Of a DNA stretch of 64,000 nucleotides, positions 25,520 to 35,362 are shown piece by piece. The notes under the pieces are model-generated. The model ran no database searches and was not told the DNA's origin. It saw only the letters and a list, made by a program, of their open reading frames with translations. The stretch lies in contig OZ245031.1 of assembly GCA_965223975.1 (NCBI GenBank), forward strand, positions 2,772,145 through 2,836,144. Direction: 5' to 3'. This stretch comes from Pseudomonadales bacterium. GTDB lineage: Bacteria; Pseudomonadota; Gammaproteobacteria; Pseudomonadales; JBECKS01. The position numbers and the translations under genes were made by a program. Each line of letters begins with the position of its first letter. Position 1 is the first letter of the stretch.

Positions 25520-27019
25520 ATGGGCGGATCACAAGCGTTTGATGTCGTATTTTTCTTTAATGACCAGGGGGTCGATAAGGAAATGATGCTACCTGAATTC
25601 GAATCATTTCTTGACGGCCTGATTCCAGCACCTGAGTTGGCGGGAAAGAGTTTTGAAGCCGCCTACGTTACTGTCGACTCGTCGCTTAAGGTTACGGGTA
25701 TCGTATTTTTCTTATTCAATTTTGATAGTAAGGGCTTAGCTGATAGTAAATGGAACCTGCCTCTTATGAAGATGATGGCGAGTGGCGTCGATGGTCCAGA
25801 TCTAGGGGCAGGTCCCGCTAAAATTTATATGAAGAGTAGCAGTGCGCACCCTGAGTATAGGCCCTTCCTTTGGGACCCTGCTGAGCGAGGTGGTAGCAAC
25901 GACTTGGTTCATATCAGGGACGCGGTTCGTCGAAATCGCCTTTGCCTAAGCTCCGCTGACGAAGAAGAGCAGGGTTGGATGGGCGATGCTTCCATGGTGA
26001 TGGATTCAGCCAACGCTAAACCAGACGCAAAACCTGAGACGAAAGTAGAGCTCGCGCCGGAGGTAAAAGGCGTAGCGATTGATTTCTCTCTGGACGAGCC
26101 AATTGAAGAGCTTGACGCGGACCCAAATATTCCCGTGGCTTCAAGTACCTTGGCAAGTGATGACAACGAAGAACTTTCCCAAGCTATTCGCATTATCGAG
26201 TCACAGAGGGCAAAGATAGCCTCTCTCGAAAACTCTTTGCTCTCAAAACAAGCTAGTAATGCAGCGGCTAAGGAGCTTAAGGCTTTGCAAGCTAAGTATG
26301 CGGGATTGGAGCAAGAATTAAGCAAAAGTCGAGAAGGTTTGAGCGAACTCGCTGTCGAGAAAGTGGAATCAGACAAGTCGATTAAAGACCTGACCAAACA
26401 GCTTCAAGCAGCTGGTAAGGCTCAAGAAAAGTCCGAAGCAGCGCTAGAAAAAGCCAAGAAAAGTGCTCAAGAAAAAATAGAGAGCCTTAAGTCAAAATAT
26501 GAGCAGTCGAGCAATGCCGAACTTGAAAAGCAAGAAAAACGCTTTTCGAAAAGAATAAAAGAGCTTGAGAAAGAATGCGTAGATATTGAGAAGCGCCTTA
26601 AAATCGCCCATACAGAAGAGCTTGCCGATGATAGGGCAAAGATGGAGAGTATTAGTAAGGAGCTGACGACCTTGCGCGGGGATAAATTCCGTCTAATGAA
26701 AGATGGAGCAGAGGCCTTTTTCAAAAAGTTGGCAGATGCTGATGTAAGCTTTATGTCATTCAAGCCTGGAGCAGGGCATCTTACGATAGACCCAGATGAT
26801 ATGGGCCGCTTTCTGGAAGACCCAGACCCCTATGTGGCAGATAAATGTGGTGTGAGCCTTGAAGATTATCGAATCTGGTTGAAACACTATAATAGCCCCA
26901 TCTGCCAAGCACCGATGCCGGGCGAGCAAGTGTGCGGCAAAAGCGTGTTGAGAACCGATGTGCCATCCAAGTTCAACCCAGGTAGCTCTGACCGCTGTAA
27001 GAGCCATGGTGGCCAATAA
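25520..27019 (+). CDS. Hypothetical coiled-coil protein with a Cys-containing C-terminal domain
   Basis: 499 aa. A ~140-aa N-terminal globular part, an acidic linker, a ~200-aa Lys/Glu/Ala-rich coiled coil, and a C-terminal ~90 aa with four Cys and CKSHG. I recognise no family. Confidence 0.7.
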   Translation: MGGSQAFDVVFFFNDQGVDKEMMLPEFESFLDGLIPAPELAGKSFEAAYVTVDSSLKVTGIVFFLFNFDSKGLADSKWNLPLMKMMASGVDGPDLGAGPAKIYMKSSSAHPEYRPFLWDPAERGGSNDLVHIRDAVRRNRLCLSSADEEEQGWMGDASMVMDSANAKPDAKPETKVELAPEVKGVAIDFSLDEPIEELDADPNIPVASSTLASDDNEELSQAIRIIESQRAKIASLENSLLSKQASNAAAKELKALQAKYAGLEQELSKSREGLSELAVEKVESDKSIKDLTKQLQAAGKAQEKSEAALEKAKKSAQEKIESLKSKYEQSSNAELEKQEKRFSKRIKELEKECVDIEKRLKIAHTEELADDRAKMESISKELTTLRGDKFRLMKDGAEAFFKKLADADVSFMSFKPGAGHLTIDPDDMGRFLEDPDPYVADKCGVSLEDYRIWLKHYNSPICQAPMPGEQVCGKSVLRTDVPSKFNPGSSDRCKSHGGQ

Positions 27020-27024
27020 ACTCT

Positions 27025-27999
27025 GTGATCCAACGTGCTGAAAGCCAGTTGCTAAGTGGCTCCGAAATTGATCATCTTACGCCTATTCAGAGGATTTCCG
27101 ATCAAACCCTAATTGAGCACTCAATCGCTCTGGATATAAAGCGAGAAGATCTGTGTCACCCAATTATTTCAGGAAACAAATGGCATAAGCTGCGACTAAA
27201 CCTGCAAGCCGCTAAGGATAAGGGCTATAAAAGAGTGCTTAGCTTTGGAGGGGCGTGGTCGAATCATCTTCATGCTTTAGCGTTTTTGTCGCAGAAAGAA
27301 GGCCTAGATTGCATTTTGGTTATACGCGGGGAAGAGCTGGAGAGTAAGCCACTCAATGCAATGCTAAAAGATGCTAAAGAGTGGGGAGCTCAATTGTGTT
27401 TTATCACTCGAAGCGAATTTAAGCAAAAGGAGTCCCCAGGGCTTCTTGAGCCTTTGCAGAGCCGTTTTGGTGGGTTTTATGTCATTCCTCAGGGTGGGTC
27501 AAATGCCGCGGGAGTTGAGGGCTGCCGAATGTTTGCGGATTCTTGCTTAAGGCAGTACCACAAACAATTTAATACCTTTCCTGATTATGTAGCACTTGCC
27601 GCGGGTAGCGGCACTATGGCGGCGGGGTTTGCGCAAGCATGTGCTACCTTGGGCAGTAAAGTGTGCTTGAGAGTCTACCCAGCTCTTGATGATCCGGGAA
27701 TAGAATCGCTAATTAATCACTTCGCTAAATTTGGCGAACATGGGAATTCTGAGCGTTTCAGCCTGCAGATTGCGCGTATTTACCCGACAAGGTTTGGCAA
27801 AACTGATGAGCGTCTTAGGGGTTTTATGTTTGAGTTTGAAAAAGATCATAAAATCCCCTTGGACCCAGTTTATAACTCAAAGTTGATGTTTGGGGTGTAT
27901 CGAGACATTAAGGATGGGTACTTTCAGCATGAAGCTGGAAAAGAGTCTCGTATTTTAGCTATACATAGTGGTGGTTTGCAGGGCTTAAGGTCCTATTAA
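27025..27999 (+). CDS. PLP-dependent enzyme of the ACC deaminase / D-cysteine desulfhydrase family
   Basis: 324 aa. SGNKWHKLRLNL (the PLP-lysine region typical of this family) and overall fold-type II pattern. GTG start. Confidence 0.75.
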   Translation: MIQRAESQLLSGSEIDHLTPIQRISDQTLIEHSIALDIKREDLCHPIISGNKWHKLRLNLQAAKDKGYKRVLSFGGAWSNHLHALAFLSQKEGLDCILVIRGEELESKPLNAMLKDAKEWGAQLCFITRSEFKQKESPGLLEPLQSRFGGFYVIPQGGSNAAGVEGCRMFADSCLRQYHKQFNTFPDYVALAAGSGTMAAGFAQACATLGSKVCLRVYPALDDPGIESLINHFAKFGEHGNSERFSLQIARIYPTRFGKTDERLRGFMFEFEKDHKIPLDPVYNSKLMFGVYRDIKDGYFQHEAGKESRILAIHSGGLQGLRSY

Positions 28000-28090
28000 G
28001 TGCTCCTTAGCCAGGCTTTTTTTGGTGGCAGTCCGGCATGGATGCTATAATCTCGCTCCCATTGAATAAGTACTCGGTGAGTAATATCTC

Positions 28091-28987
28091 GTGAATCCAC
28101 AGGGCGATCAATCATTTAGTTCTTTCGATAAGCTTGGGGTAGTGGGTCGTATCGATAATGATCAAGTCATAGCAACGCTAGAGAGCTTGTGTGATTTGCT
28201 GCTTGCACGAAAGAAACAAGTCTATTTAGATAAGGAAAGCAGCTTCGCGCTCGGTAATTTTAACGGGCAGGTACGCGGACTAGAGATGGATGAACTATGC
28301 CAAACCGCAGATTTGCTGATAGTGGTTGGCGGCGACGGTACCCTGTTGAGCTGTGGTCGAAGCGCAGCAAAATTTGGAACGCCTTTAGTGGGAGTGAATA
28401 GAGGCAAGCTAGGCTTTCTAACAGACATTAATCCCCAGGAACTGGATAAAGGCTTAGGTTCGATTTTAAAAGGGGAATTTATCGTTGATGAGCGCTTTTT
28501 ACTCGAAGCCAATTTGGACGGTAAGTATCAAGGCCTAGCACTAAACGATATTGTCTTGAACTCTGGTATGGCCGTACAAATGATTGAGTACGAGCTCTAT
28601 GTCGATGGAAAGTTTGTCTACAGTCAGTCTTCTGACGGACTGATTATATCGACTCCAACAGGATCAACTGCCTATGCGCTTTCCGGTGGAGGGCCTATTA
28701 TGCACCCAAGTTTAGATGCGATCGTGTTAGTCCCTATTTGTCCTCACACCCTAAGCAGTCGCCCTATGGTGATTGATGGTGGCAGCAAAATTCAAATATT
28801 ACCTAACTTTACTAGCCGTCAGGCGCCCCAAATCGCTTGTGATGGCCAAGAGACTTTAGGCCTAGAAAAAGGTACTTCGCTAGAGGTAAGCAAAAGCCGG
28901 CATCGATTAACTTTACTTCACCCTAAGAACCATGAGTTTTATGAGGCATGTCGTAGTAAGTTGGGCTGGGGACAAAAATTGGTCTAG
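28091..28987 (+). CDS. nadK: NAD kinase
   Basis: 298 aa. Motifs VVGGDGTLL, GVNRGKLGFLTD and STPTGSTAYALSGGGPI. Confidence 0.9.
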   Translation: MNPQGDQSFSSFDKLGVVGRIDNDQVIATLESLCDLLLARKKQVYLDKESSFALGNFNGQVRGLEMDELCQTADLLIVVGGDGTLLSCGRSAAKFGTPLVGVNRGKLGFLTDINPQELDKGLGSILKGEFIVDERFLLEANLDGKYQGLALNDIVLNSGMAVQMIEYELYVDGKFVYSQSSDGLIISTPTGSTAYALSGGGPIMHPSLDAIVLVPICPHTLSSRPMVIDGGSKIQILPNFTSRQAPQIACDGQETLGLEKGTSLEVSKSRHRLTLLHPKNHEFYEACRSKLGWGQKLV

Positions 28988-29005
28988 TGGATTAGTGCTT
29001 TTGGT

Positions 29006-29275
29006 TTGGAGATAAGATTGGATACCCTTGTAAAAAACATCAGCGAAGACATTTATCAGCAGTTGAAGCAAGCTCTTGAGTTAGGCCGTTGGGACAGTGG
29101 GGCGCAACTCACCGAGTCACAGAAAAGTTTGAGTATTCAAGTGTTGATTGGATACGAAAATCTTTACGTAAAAGAACAAGATAGAACGGCTTTTATACAT
29201 CGACCCGAGCACGAAGCCTGTGACAGTGCAGTCGATGATTCGGACGTAGAGCGTCCCGTTAAGTTTCGTCCCTAA
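29006..29275 (+). CDS. YeaC-like DUF1315 protein
   Basis: 89 aa. IYQQLKQALELGRWDSGAQLTESQKSLSIQVLIGYE matches the YeaC/DUF1315 pattern. TTG start in the track. Confidence 0.7.
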   Translation: MEIRLDTLVKNISEDIYQQLKQALELGRWDSGAQLTESQKSLSIQVLIGYENLYVKEQDRTAFIHRPEHEACDSAVDDSDVERPVKFRP

Positions 29276-29323
29276 GCAGTACTTAAAAGAAAATTCTCAT
29301 AAGCAAATATTTAGGAAGCGACA

Positions 29324-30148
29324 TTGGCTACATACTCCGCAGTGCTAGAAAAAATGCAGGTGAGCTTGGATCAACCTGTGCAGTATTCGATCAAATTAGA
29401 AGACGGATCAGAGCTGAGTTTAAATCAGCTGATTGGTCAAGAGCTTAGTTTAAGTTTTGAAGGCAATATTTTTTGCTCGGCCTGTGGTCGTCAAACTAAA
29501 AAGAGTTTTAGTCAGGGCTATTGTTACCCCTGTTTTAAATCTTTAGCACGCTGCGATATGTGCATTATGAAGCCAGAGACCTGCCATTATGAGGCAGGCA
29601 CTTGCCGTGAGCCAGAGTGGGCTGATCAATATTGCATGCAGCAACACTATGTTTACCTTGCTAACTCCTCTGGGTTGAAAGTAGGTATTACCCGACAGGA
29701 TCAATTGCCGACAAGATGGATTGATCAAGGTGCTATTCAAGCTGTTCCACTTTATAGGGTGAGCACTCGGCATCAAGCCGGCTTAATCGAAGTATGCTTA
29801 GGTTCAGAGCTCAAAGATAAAACCAACTGGCGAGCGATGTTAAAGGGTGAGGTAGAGCCTTTGGATTTGGAGACTATTCGAACTGAGGTGCAAGACAAAT
29901 TTGCGGATTCGGTTGAAGAGATTTCGCAAAAGTTTGGCTCAAGTTCGTATGAAGCGCTTAGCGATTCAGTGGTTGATATTGAATACCCTGTTGAGCAATA
30001 TCCAGCCAAAATATCAAGTTATAACTTAGATAAAACGGCGGCCTTCGTGGATCGGCTTCAAGGAATAAAAGGCCAGTATCTTATTTTTGAGGGCGGGGTG
30101 ATCAATGTCCGTAAGTTTGGTTCTTACCAAGTAATGATCGAGGTTTAG
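29324..30148 (+). CDS. DUF2797 domain protein (Cys-rich)
   Basis: 274 aa. CSACGRQTKKSFSQGYCYPCF...CDMCIMKPETCHYEAGTCREPEW...YVYLANSSGLKVGITR. Lies in the usual DUF2797 position upstream of pepN. Confidence 0.7.
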   Translation: MATYSAVLEKMQVSLDQPVQYSIKLEDGSELSLNQLIGQELSLSFEGNIFCSACGRQTKKSFSQGYCYPCFKSLARCDMCIMKPETCHYEAGTCREPEWADQYCMQQHYVYLANSSGLKVGITRQDQLPTRWIDQGAIQAVPLYRVSTRHQAGLIEVCLGSELKDKTNWRAMLKGEVEPLDLETIRTEVQDKFADSVEEISQKFGSSSYEALSDSVVDIEYPVEQYPAKISSYNLDKTAAFVDRLQGIKGQYLIFEGGVINVRKFGSYQVMIEV

Positions 30149-30181
30149 CTTTTTACAGCTTCAAGTGTTTAAAGGTTGAGT

Positions 30182-32854
30182 ATGATGAAAACAAATGACA
30201 ATCCACCGGCGATTTATTTAGCTGATTATCGGGTCCCAGATTATTTAATAAAAAAAACCGATCTTGATTTCAGTCTTTATGAGCACTACAGCGACGTTCG
30301 TTCTCGTTTGCAAATTCAAAGGAACGCGGATCAAAACCTAGCGCCCTCCGAGGCTCTTCCTGATCTGGTTTTAAATGGGGTGGACTTGGAACTGCTGTCT
30401 ATTCACATCGATGGGGCCCCGCTAAGTAACGAGCGATATCGAGTGGAAGGAGAGCACCTGCATGTGCAAGTTAGTGCCGAGAGCTTTCTGTTAGAAATTG
30501 AAACTCGAATCAAACCTCAGCTTAATACCGCCTTAGAAGGGCTGTACGTTTCAAAAGGTATGTTCTGTACCCAGTGCGAAGCGCATGGTTTTCGACGTAT
30601 TACCTATTACCTCGATCGCCCAGATGTGATGTCGATGTTTGATGTGCGTATTGAAGCTGATAAAAGTGCTTACCCTGTGTTGCTATCTAACGGAAACCCT
30701 GTTGAACAGGGGGAGCTAGACGGTGGCCGCCATTGGGCCAGCTGGCAAGATCCGCACCCTAAGCCTTGCTATTTATTTGCTTTGGTTGCGGGTGACTTAG
30801 AGTGCGTTAAGGACGAATTTGTGAGGGCCTCGGGTAAGCCAGTATCTTTGGAATTGTTTGTTGAAAAACAGGACGTCGATAAGTGTGAATACGCCTTGGA
30901 GTCCCTTAAGAATGCGATGCGCTGGGACGAAGAGGTTTTCGGGCGCGAGTATGATTTAGATATTTACATGATTGTCGCGGTGAATCATTTCAATATGGGT
31001 GCGATGGAAAATAAAGGGTTAAATATCTTTAACACCTCATGCGTATTGGCCCACCCAAAAACGACGAGTGACTTAGGCTTTGAGCGGGTAGAAGGAGTGG
31101 TCGCTCATGAATATTTCCATAATTGGAGTGGAAATCGTGTTACCTGTCGCGACTGGTTTCAACTAAGTTTAAAGGAAGGGTTTACGGTATTTAGAGACGA
31201 GGAGTTCTCTTCTGATATGGGTTCGCGCACGGTTAAGCGAATCGATGACGTTAATATTCTCAGAAACTTTCAATTTAAAGAAGATGCGGGTCCAATGGCT
31301 CACTCAGTAAGACCATCATCTTATATTGAAATGAATAACTTCTATACCGTCACAGTGTATAACAAGGGCGCTGAAGTAGTGCGTATGTTACATACCTTGT
31401 TAGGTGCTGAATCCTTTCGAAAAGCTTGTGATCTTTATTTTGATCGTTTCGATGGCCAGGCCGTTACTTGTGATGATTTCGTTGCCTGTATGGAAGAAAC
31501 TGCTGGTCGAGATTTTTCTCAATTTAAGCGTTGGTACTCTCAAGCGGGTACACCCACTTTAGAAGTAACTAATGAGTACAATTCAGCAAAAGGATCTTTG
31601 ACCTTAAAGATTAAACAGAGCTGCCCGGCAACCCCTGGACAGGAGCAAAAGCATCCTTTTGTGATTCCGGTCAGTGTGGCTTTCTTTGATCCGCAGGGAC
31701 AAAAACTTAGTTTTACTTTTAATGGGAACGAAGGCTTGAAAGGGAGCTTGCTCGAGATAGATCAAGAAGAGCAGTCATTTGAATTTGAGGGCTTGGATGA
31801 GATAGCAATACCTTCCTTGTTGAGAAACTTTTCTGCGCCAGTCAAAGTGAACTATGCTTATTCAAAATCAGATTTGGCCATTTTAATGGCCTACGATGAT
31901 GATGGCTTTAATGCCTGGGATGCTTGTCAGAATATTTATTTAGCTGAGCTGCGGGCACTAGTCGCCGCTAGCGAGGCGGAGCAGGCCTTGGCGGTTAGTC
32001 AGAATTTGAACGATGCATTATCGGCCTTGCTTAAGCGAGCGCGTAATGAGGCACTTGATCCAGCTTTGTTGGCTCGCATGTTAAGCCTGCCGAGCAAGTC
32101 TTACCTTGCAGAGCAGTATGACAAGATCAATGTGGATGCTGTGGTCGCTGCACACAATTTTTTAGAAGCGCATATAGCGAATCAGTTTAGTGATGATTTT
32201 CTTTACCTATATCGCGCCAATAAGGTGTCGGAGCCCTATCAAGCTGTGGCTCAACAGGTTGCAAAGCGTAGTATTAAAAATACCTGTTTGCGATATCTGG
32301 TTTTGTCGGAACACTCACAAGCCGAGGCTTTGGCGACAGAGCAGTATTCCGATTCCGATAATATGACAGACCAGGGTTCGGCATTTAAAGCCCTGGTAGC
32401 TTATGACCTAGCTGTGGAAAGCAAGCGCGAACACAGTTTGAATGACTTTTATCAACAGTGGAAACACGAGGCTTTGGTATTGGATCAATGGTTTACGGTG
32501 CAAGCCACTGCGCAAAGAAAGACCCTGCTTGAGGAGCTCAATGCACTTACAGAGCACGCTGATTTTGACCTAGGTAACCCCAATCGAGTGAGATCATTGT
32601 TGGGAGCTTTTGCGCAAAACTATGAGTTCTTTCATGATGCAGACGGAGCAGGCTATCGCTTCTACGCTCAGCAAATCGCAATGCTTAACGGTATTAATCC
32701 GCAAGTAGCTGCTCGTATGGTGGGCGCTCTGATTCACTGGAAGCGGTATGAAGGTAAGCGTGGGGAGTTGATGAGGGCAGAACTCGAGTCCTTAAAGGCT
32801 TTGCCTAATCTATCTAAGGATGTATTTGAAATCGTCGATAAGGCGCTGGCCTAA
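30182..32854 (+). CDS. pepN: Aminopeptidase N
   Basis: GAMENKGLNIFN and the zinc motif HEYFHNWSGNRVTCRDWFQLSLKEG. I prefer ATG 30182 (RBS AAAGG 6 nt upstream) over the track TTG 30176. Confidence 0.95.
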   Translation: MMKTNDNPPAIYLADYRVPDYLIKKTDLDFSLYEHYSDVRSRLQIQRNADQNLAPSEALPDLVLNGVDLELLSIHIDGAPLSNERYRVEGEHLHVQVSAESFLLEIETRIKPQLNTALEGLYVSKGMFCTQCEAHGFRRITYYLDRPDVMSMFDVRIEADKSAYPVLLSNGNPVEQGELDGGRHWASWQDPHPKPCYLFALVAGDLECVKDEFVRASGKPVSLELFVEKQDVDKCEYALESLKNAMRWDEEVFGREYDLDIYMIVAVNHFNMGAMENKGLNIFNTSCVLAHPKTTSDLGFERVEGVVAHEYFHNWSGNRVTCRDWFQLSLKEGFTVFRDEEFSSDMGSRTVKRIDDVNILRNFQFKEDAGPMAHSVRPSSYIEMNNFYTVTVYNKGAEVVRMLHTLLGAESFRKACDLYFDRFDGQAVTCDDFVACMEETAGRDFSQFKRWYSQAGTPTLEVTNEYNSAKGSLTLKIKQSCPATPGQEQKHPFVIPVSVAFFDPQGQKLSFTFNGNEGLKGSLLEIDQEEQSFEFEGLDEIAIPSLLRNFSAPVKVNYAYSKSDLAILMAYDDDGFNAWDACQNIYLAELRALVAASEAEQALAVSQNLNDALSALLKRARNEALDPALLARMLSLPSKSYLAEQYDKINVDAVVAAHNFLEAHIANQFSDDFLYLYRANKVSEPYQAVAQQVAKRSIKNTCLRYLVLSEHSQAEALATEQYSDSDNMTDQGSAFKALVAYDLAVESKREHSLNDFYQQWKHEALVLDQWFTVQATAQRKTLLEELNALTEHADFDLGNPNRVRSLLGAFAQNYEFFHDADGAGYRFYAQQIAMLNGINPQVAARMVGALIHWKRYEGKRGELMRAELESLKALPNLSKDVFEIVDKALA

Positions 32855-32881
32855 GCTTTAATAAACGCGATTAACAGGCAT

Positions 32882-32908
32882 AAAAAAGGAGGCTAAAGCC
32901 TCCTTTTT
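32882..32908. terminator. Bidirectional rho-independent terminator (pepN / convergent OMP gene)
   Basis: A6 run, then GGAGGC-taaa-GCCTCC stem-loop (32888-32903), then T5 run. Confidence 0.8.
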
Positions 32909-32928
32909 GGTATTTGGATCAGGATAGC

Positions 32929-34419
32929 TTAGAAATAAGTTTCCCAGGCTAGGCGCACGTGGTCTTCATTGTCGAAGCCTTTGGTCGCGTCACGCCCCAC
33001 AGTGATCTCACTGGGTGCCTGCCCGTCGGCGTATGCGTGAACAATTTCTACGATCATTTTAGAACTCTGACCGAGTCGGCGGCTGGCTTCCATGATAGCT
33101 ACGTAAGAATCAACGTCCACATCTTGTATTATTCCGATCAATACTGCTGGATCAGCTGTGCTATTTTGAGCGTACCGGGCACCTAAAAAGACGTCGTTTT
33201 GGTTTGAGTGTGGTGCTTCAAAATCTCTGCTATCCCAGAGATACTCGACTAGCACGCCAAGGTCAGCTGTTGAGTCAAAAATACTATAAAAGGTATATTC
33301 AAAACCTGCGGTTACCGCTGTGTAGTCGGTTGTTTGACTGTCGGTATTTCCATCCAAGGCATCTTGGCCTGGTGTTTTTAGGCTATCACTATCGCGGTGA
33401 ATAGCTTCTAACTTAAGTAACCAGGCATCCAGGGTGGCCTGATAATCGATGCCTACCTGAGTCATCTGTTCATAGTGAGGAGTTATATAAAATAGTCCAG
33501 GAAAGTTCTTTGACTGACGAGGCTGAGATAGGGAAACGACGTCTTCGCTAATAGGTGTTCCTAAGACAGGGTCTCGGTTAGTGCCCTGGAAAAATGACAA
33601 GCCTATGTCGCTCGCGCCAATTGCGTGGCTCCAGCGAAACGCAAAATCAGTATGCAGTTCTTCGGCACCGGATTCGTAGGTCGCATCGGCTTCTTGGTCC
33701 ACCATGGAGATGAGGTTGTTGGCGGCGCTTGGTTCTAAGTAGGGGTTCTGTAGAGCGACCGGGTTCAATCGGCCTGCATTATCCTGGTAAAGCCTTTCGC
33801 GAAAGCCTGGAAGCACAAAAAAATCAAAGTTACCGTAGTCACTGACCCAGGTGAAATTAATCATGGGTTGGCCTAGTTTATCTTCTCGGTCAATGTCAGC
33901 TCGTAGGTCGTCTTGGTTAATGACATCAACCAAGTGCTGACTTTCGGTTACCCCCCAGAATACTTTGCCGATACCGGTTCGTAATTCCCAAGAGTTATCG
34001 TTGGCGATATGGGTCCACATGAGTTCGCGGATATCGCCATAGCTTCTCTGAGCGCTTCGTGTTTCACCAAAATCAATAATTGGAATCGGAACGATAAAGG
34101 GGATATAGCCTTCATGTTCGATTTTCATGGGGTCTTCAAATCGATAGGTAGCAAAGTAGGGGGTAAAGACCCAGCTATCTTTTCCGCCGTTCCAGCTATA
34201 AGAGATCTCTTGCTGGAAATAGGCTGAGAAAAATTCGTGACGGCGCTGAATAGGTGAAAGTGGGTTGTTTTCAAAATTTCTGTTTTGAATACCGAAGGTA
34301 TTGTCGAAGGACACATCGCCAATTTTAAACGCTTGCGCATGTGTGCTGGCAAGCCCTAATCCAATCCCTAGTAATGCACTGAAAGTTGATAAGCTGAGTT
34401 TTTTGCTACTTTTGAACAT
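32929..34419 (-). CDS. Putative outer-membrane beta-barrel protein
   Basis: 496 aa. Signal peptide ending THAQA|F, alternating beta-strand-like composition rich in aromatic residues, and a C-terminal ...AWETYF with terminal Phe. Family not recognised. Confidence 0.65.
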   Translation of the reverse strand: MFKSSKKLSLSTFSALLGIGLGLASTHAQAFKIGDVSFDNTFGIQNRNFENNPLSPIQRRHEFFSAYFQQEISYSWNGGKDSWVFTPYFATYRFEDPMKIEHEGYIPFIVPIPIIDFGETRSAQRSYGDIRELMWTHIANDNSWELRTGIGKVFWGVTESQHLVDVINQDDLRADIDREDKLGQPMINFTWVSDYGNFDFFVLPGFRERLYQDNAGRLNPVALQNPYLEPSAANNLISMVDQEADATYESGAEELHTDFAFRWSHAIGASDIGLSFFQGTNRDPVLGTPISEDVVSLSQPRQSKNFPGLFYITPHYEQMTQVGIDYQATLDAWLLKLEAIHRDSDSLKTPGQDALDGNTDSQTTDYTAVTAGFEYTFYSIFDSTADLGVLVEYLWDSRDFEAPHSNQNDVFLGARYAQNSTADPAVLIGIIQDVDVDSYVAIMEASRRLGQSSKMIVEIVHAYADGQAPSEITVGRDATKGFDNEDHVRLAWETYF

Positions 34420-34552
34420 ATATCACTCTCTATTCTTTCTGATGGTGTCGATTCGGTAAAAGACCAGTAATCCTGCGCAGATTGTAGCGCTTGTACCGGT
34501 TTAAGCCAATAATATTCGATTTTAAGGTCTTGCCTGGTCCTGCAATCGCTAA

Positions 34553-35311
34553 TTAATTGAACATAGCGCGGATTTGAGCTTCCTCTGTGGGGAAAATTTC
34601 CTGTTTTAGCCGCTCTATGCTGTCAAAATAGTTAAAATCTTTACTAAGGGGATGCCATTCAAAGCCATCGTTCAATACAAAAGCATTTTGAAAGAAGTCA
34701 TTGCTGATATCGACTCCCTGCAAGCCCACTAGCGCTCCCGCGGAATTAACTAATACGAGTGAACCAAAAGTTTGAGACCAATTGGCGAAGCTAATCTGTT
34801 TGACCTTGCGGTTTTCGGTCTCTTTAAGCTCTTGGTTTTCTATGGCCTGATTAATGATTTCTAACGCTTGGTTTTCAAGCTCTATTTCGAGGGAGATTTG
34901 CTCAAGCTTACGATGCTCAGAGGTTTTGCCGAGCACCGATGGATTTTTAACCGTCAAGATGCACAGAAACTGGCTAGGATAAAGCTTAGAAAAATAAAGG
35001 TATGCCAGTTGAAACCCCAAGATCTGCTCGCGCGTATTGCCTTTAAACGGGAGTAATTTTTTAAATAGGCCTCTTAGATCTTTAAGCCCTTCGTTAGATA
35101 CGGCTACCAGTAAGTCTTCCTTACAAGAAAAGTGGTTGTATACGGTTCCTTTAGAATACTCACAACGAGCTGTCACCTTGTCCATGGTTAGACTATTGAT
35201 GTCTTCTTCTTCGATAATCTCACGGGCAATGGCGATCAGGTCTAGCTCACGCTGGCGTTGTGCCTCTTGTCTTCGGGATAAAGTCTGTGGATTCATAGCA
35301 GGCCATAACAA
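34553..35311 (-). CDS. TetR-family transcriptional regulator
   Basis: N-terminal HTH LTMDKVTARCEYSKGTVYNHFSCKEDLL. 252 aa. Confidence 0.85.
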   Translation of the reverse strand: MLWPAMNPQTLSRRQEAQRQRELDLIAIAREIIEEEDINSLTMDKVTARCEYSKGTVYNHFSCKEDLLVAVSNEGLKDLRGLFKKLLPFKGNTREQILGFQLAYLYFSKLYPSQFLCILTVKNPSVLGKTSEHRKLEQISLEIELENQALEIINQAIENQELKETENRKVKQISFANWSQTFGSLVLVNSAGALVGLQGVDISNDFFQNAFVLNDGFEWHPLSKDFNYFDSIERLKQEIFPTEEAQIRAMFN

Positions 35312-35362
35312 CTAGGGCCCCTATAATAGCATTGGCGAGGGTTAGCCTCAAAACCAAGCTGA

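Noticed and set aside
25909-26763. Antisense ORFs (25909..26397 and 26467..26763) within the coiled-coil protein gene
   Set aside because: Their Ser/Leu/Ala-rich low-complexity translation is the mirror image of the sense-strand Lys/Glu/Ala coiled coil. There are no start signals.
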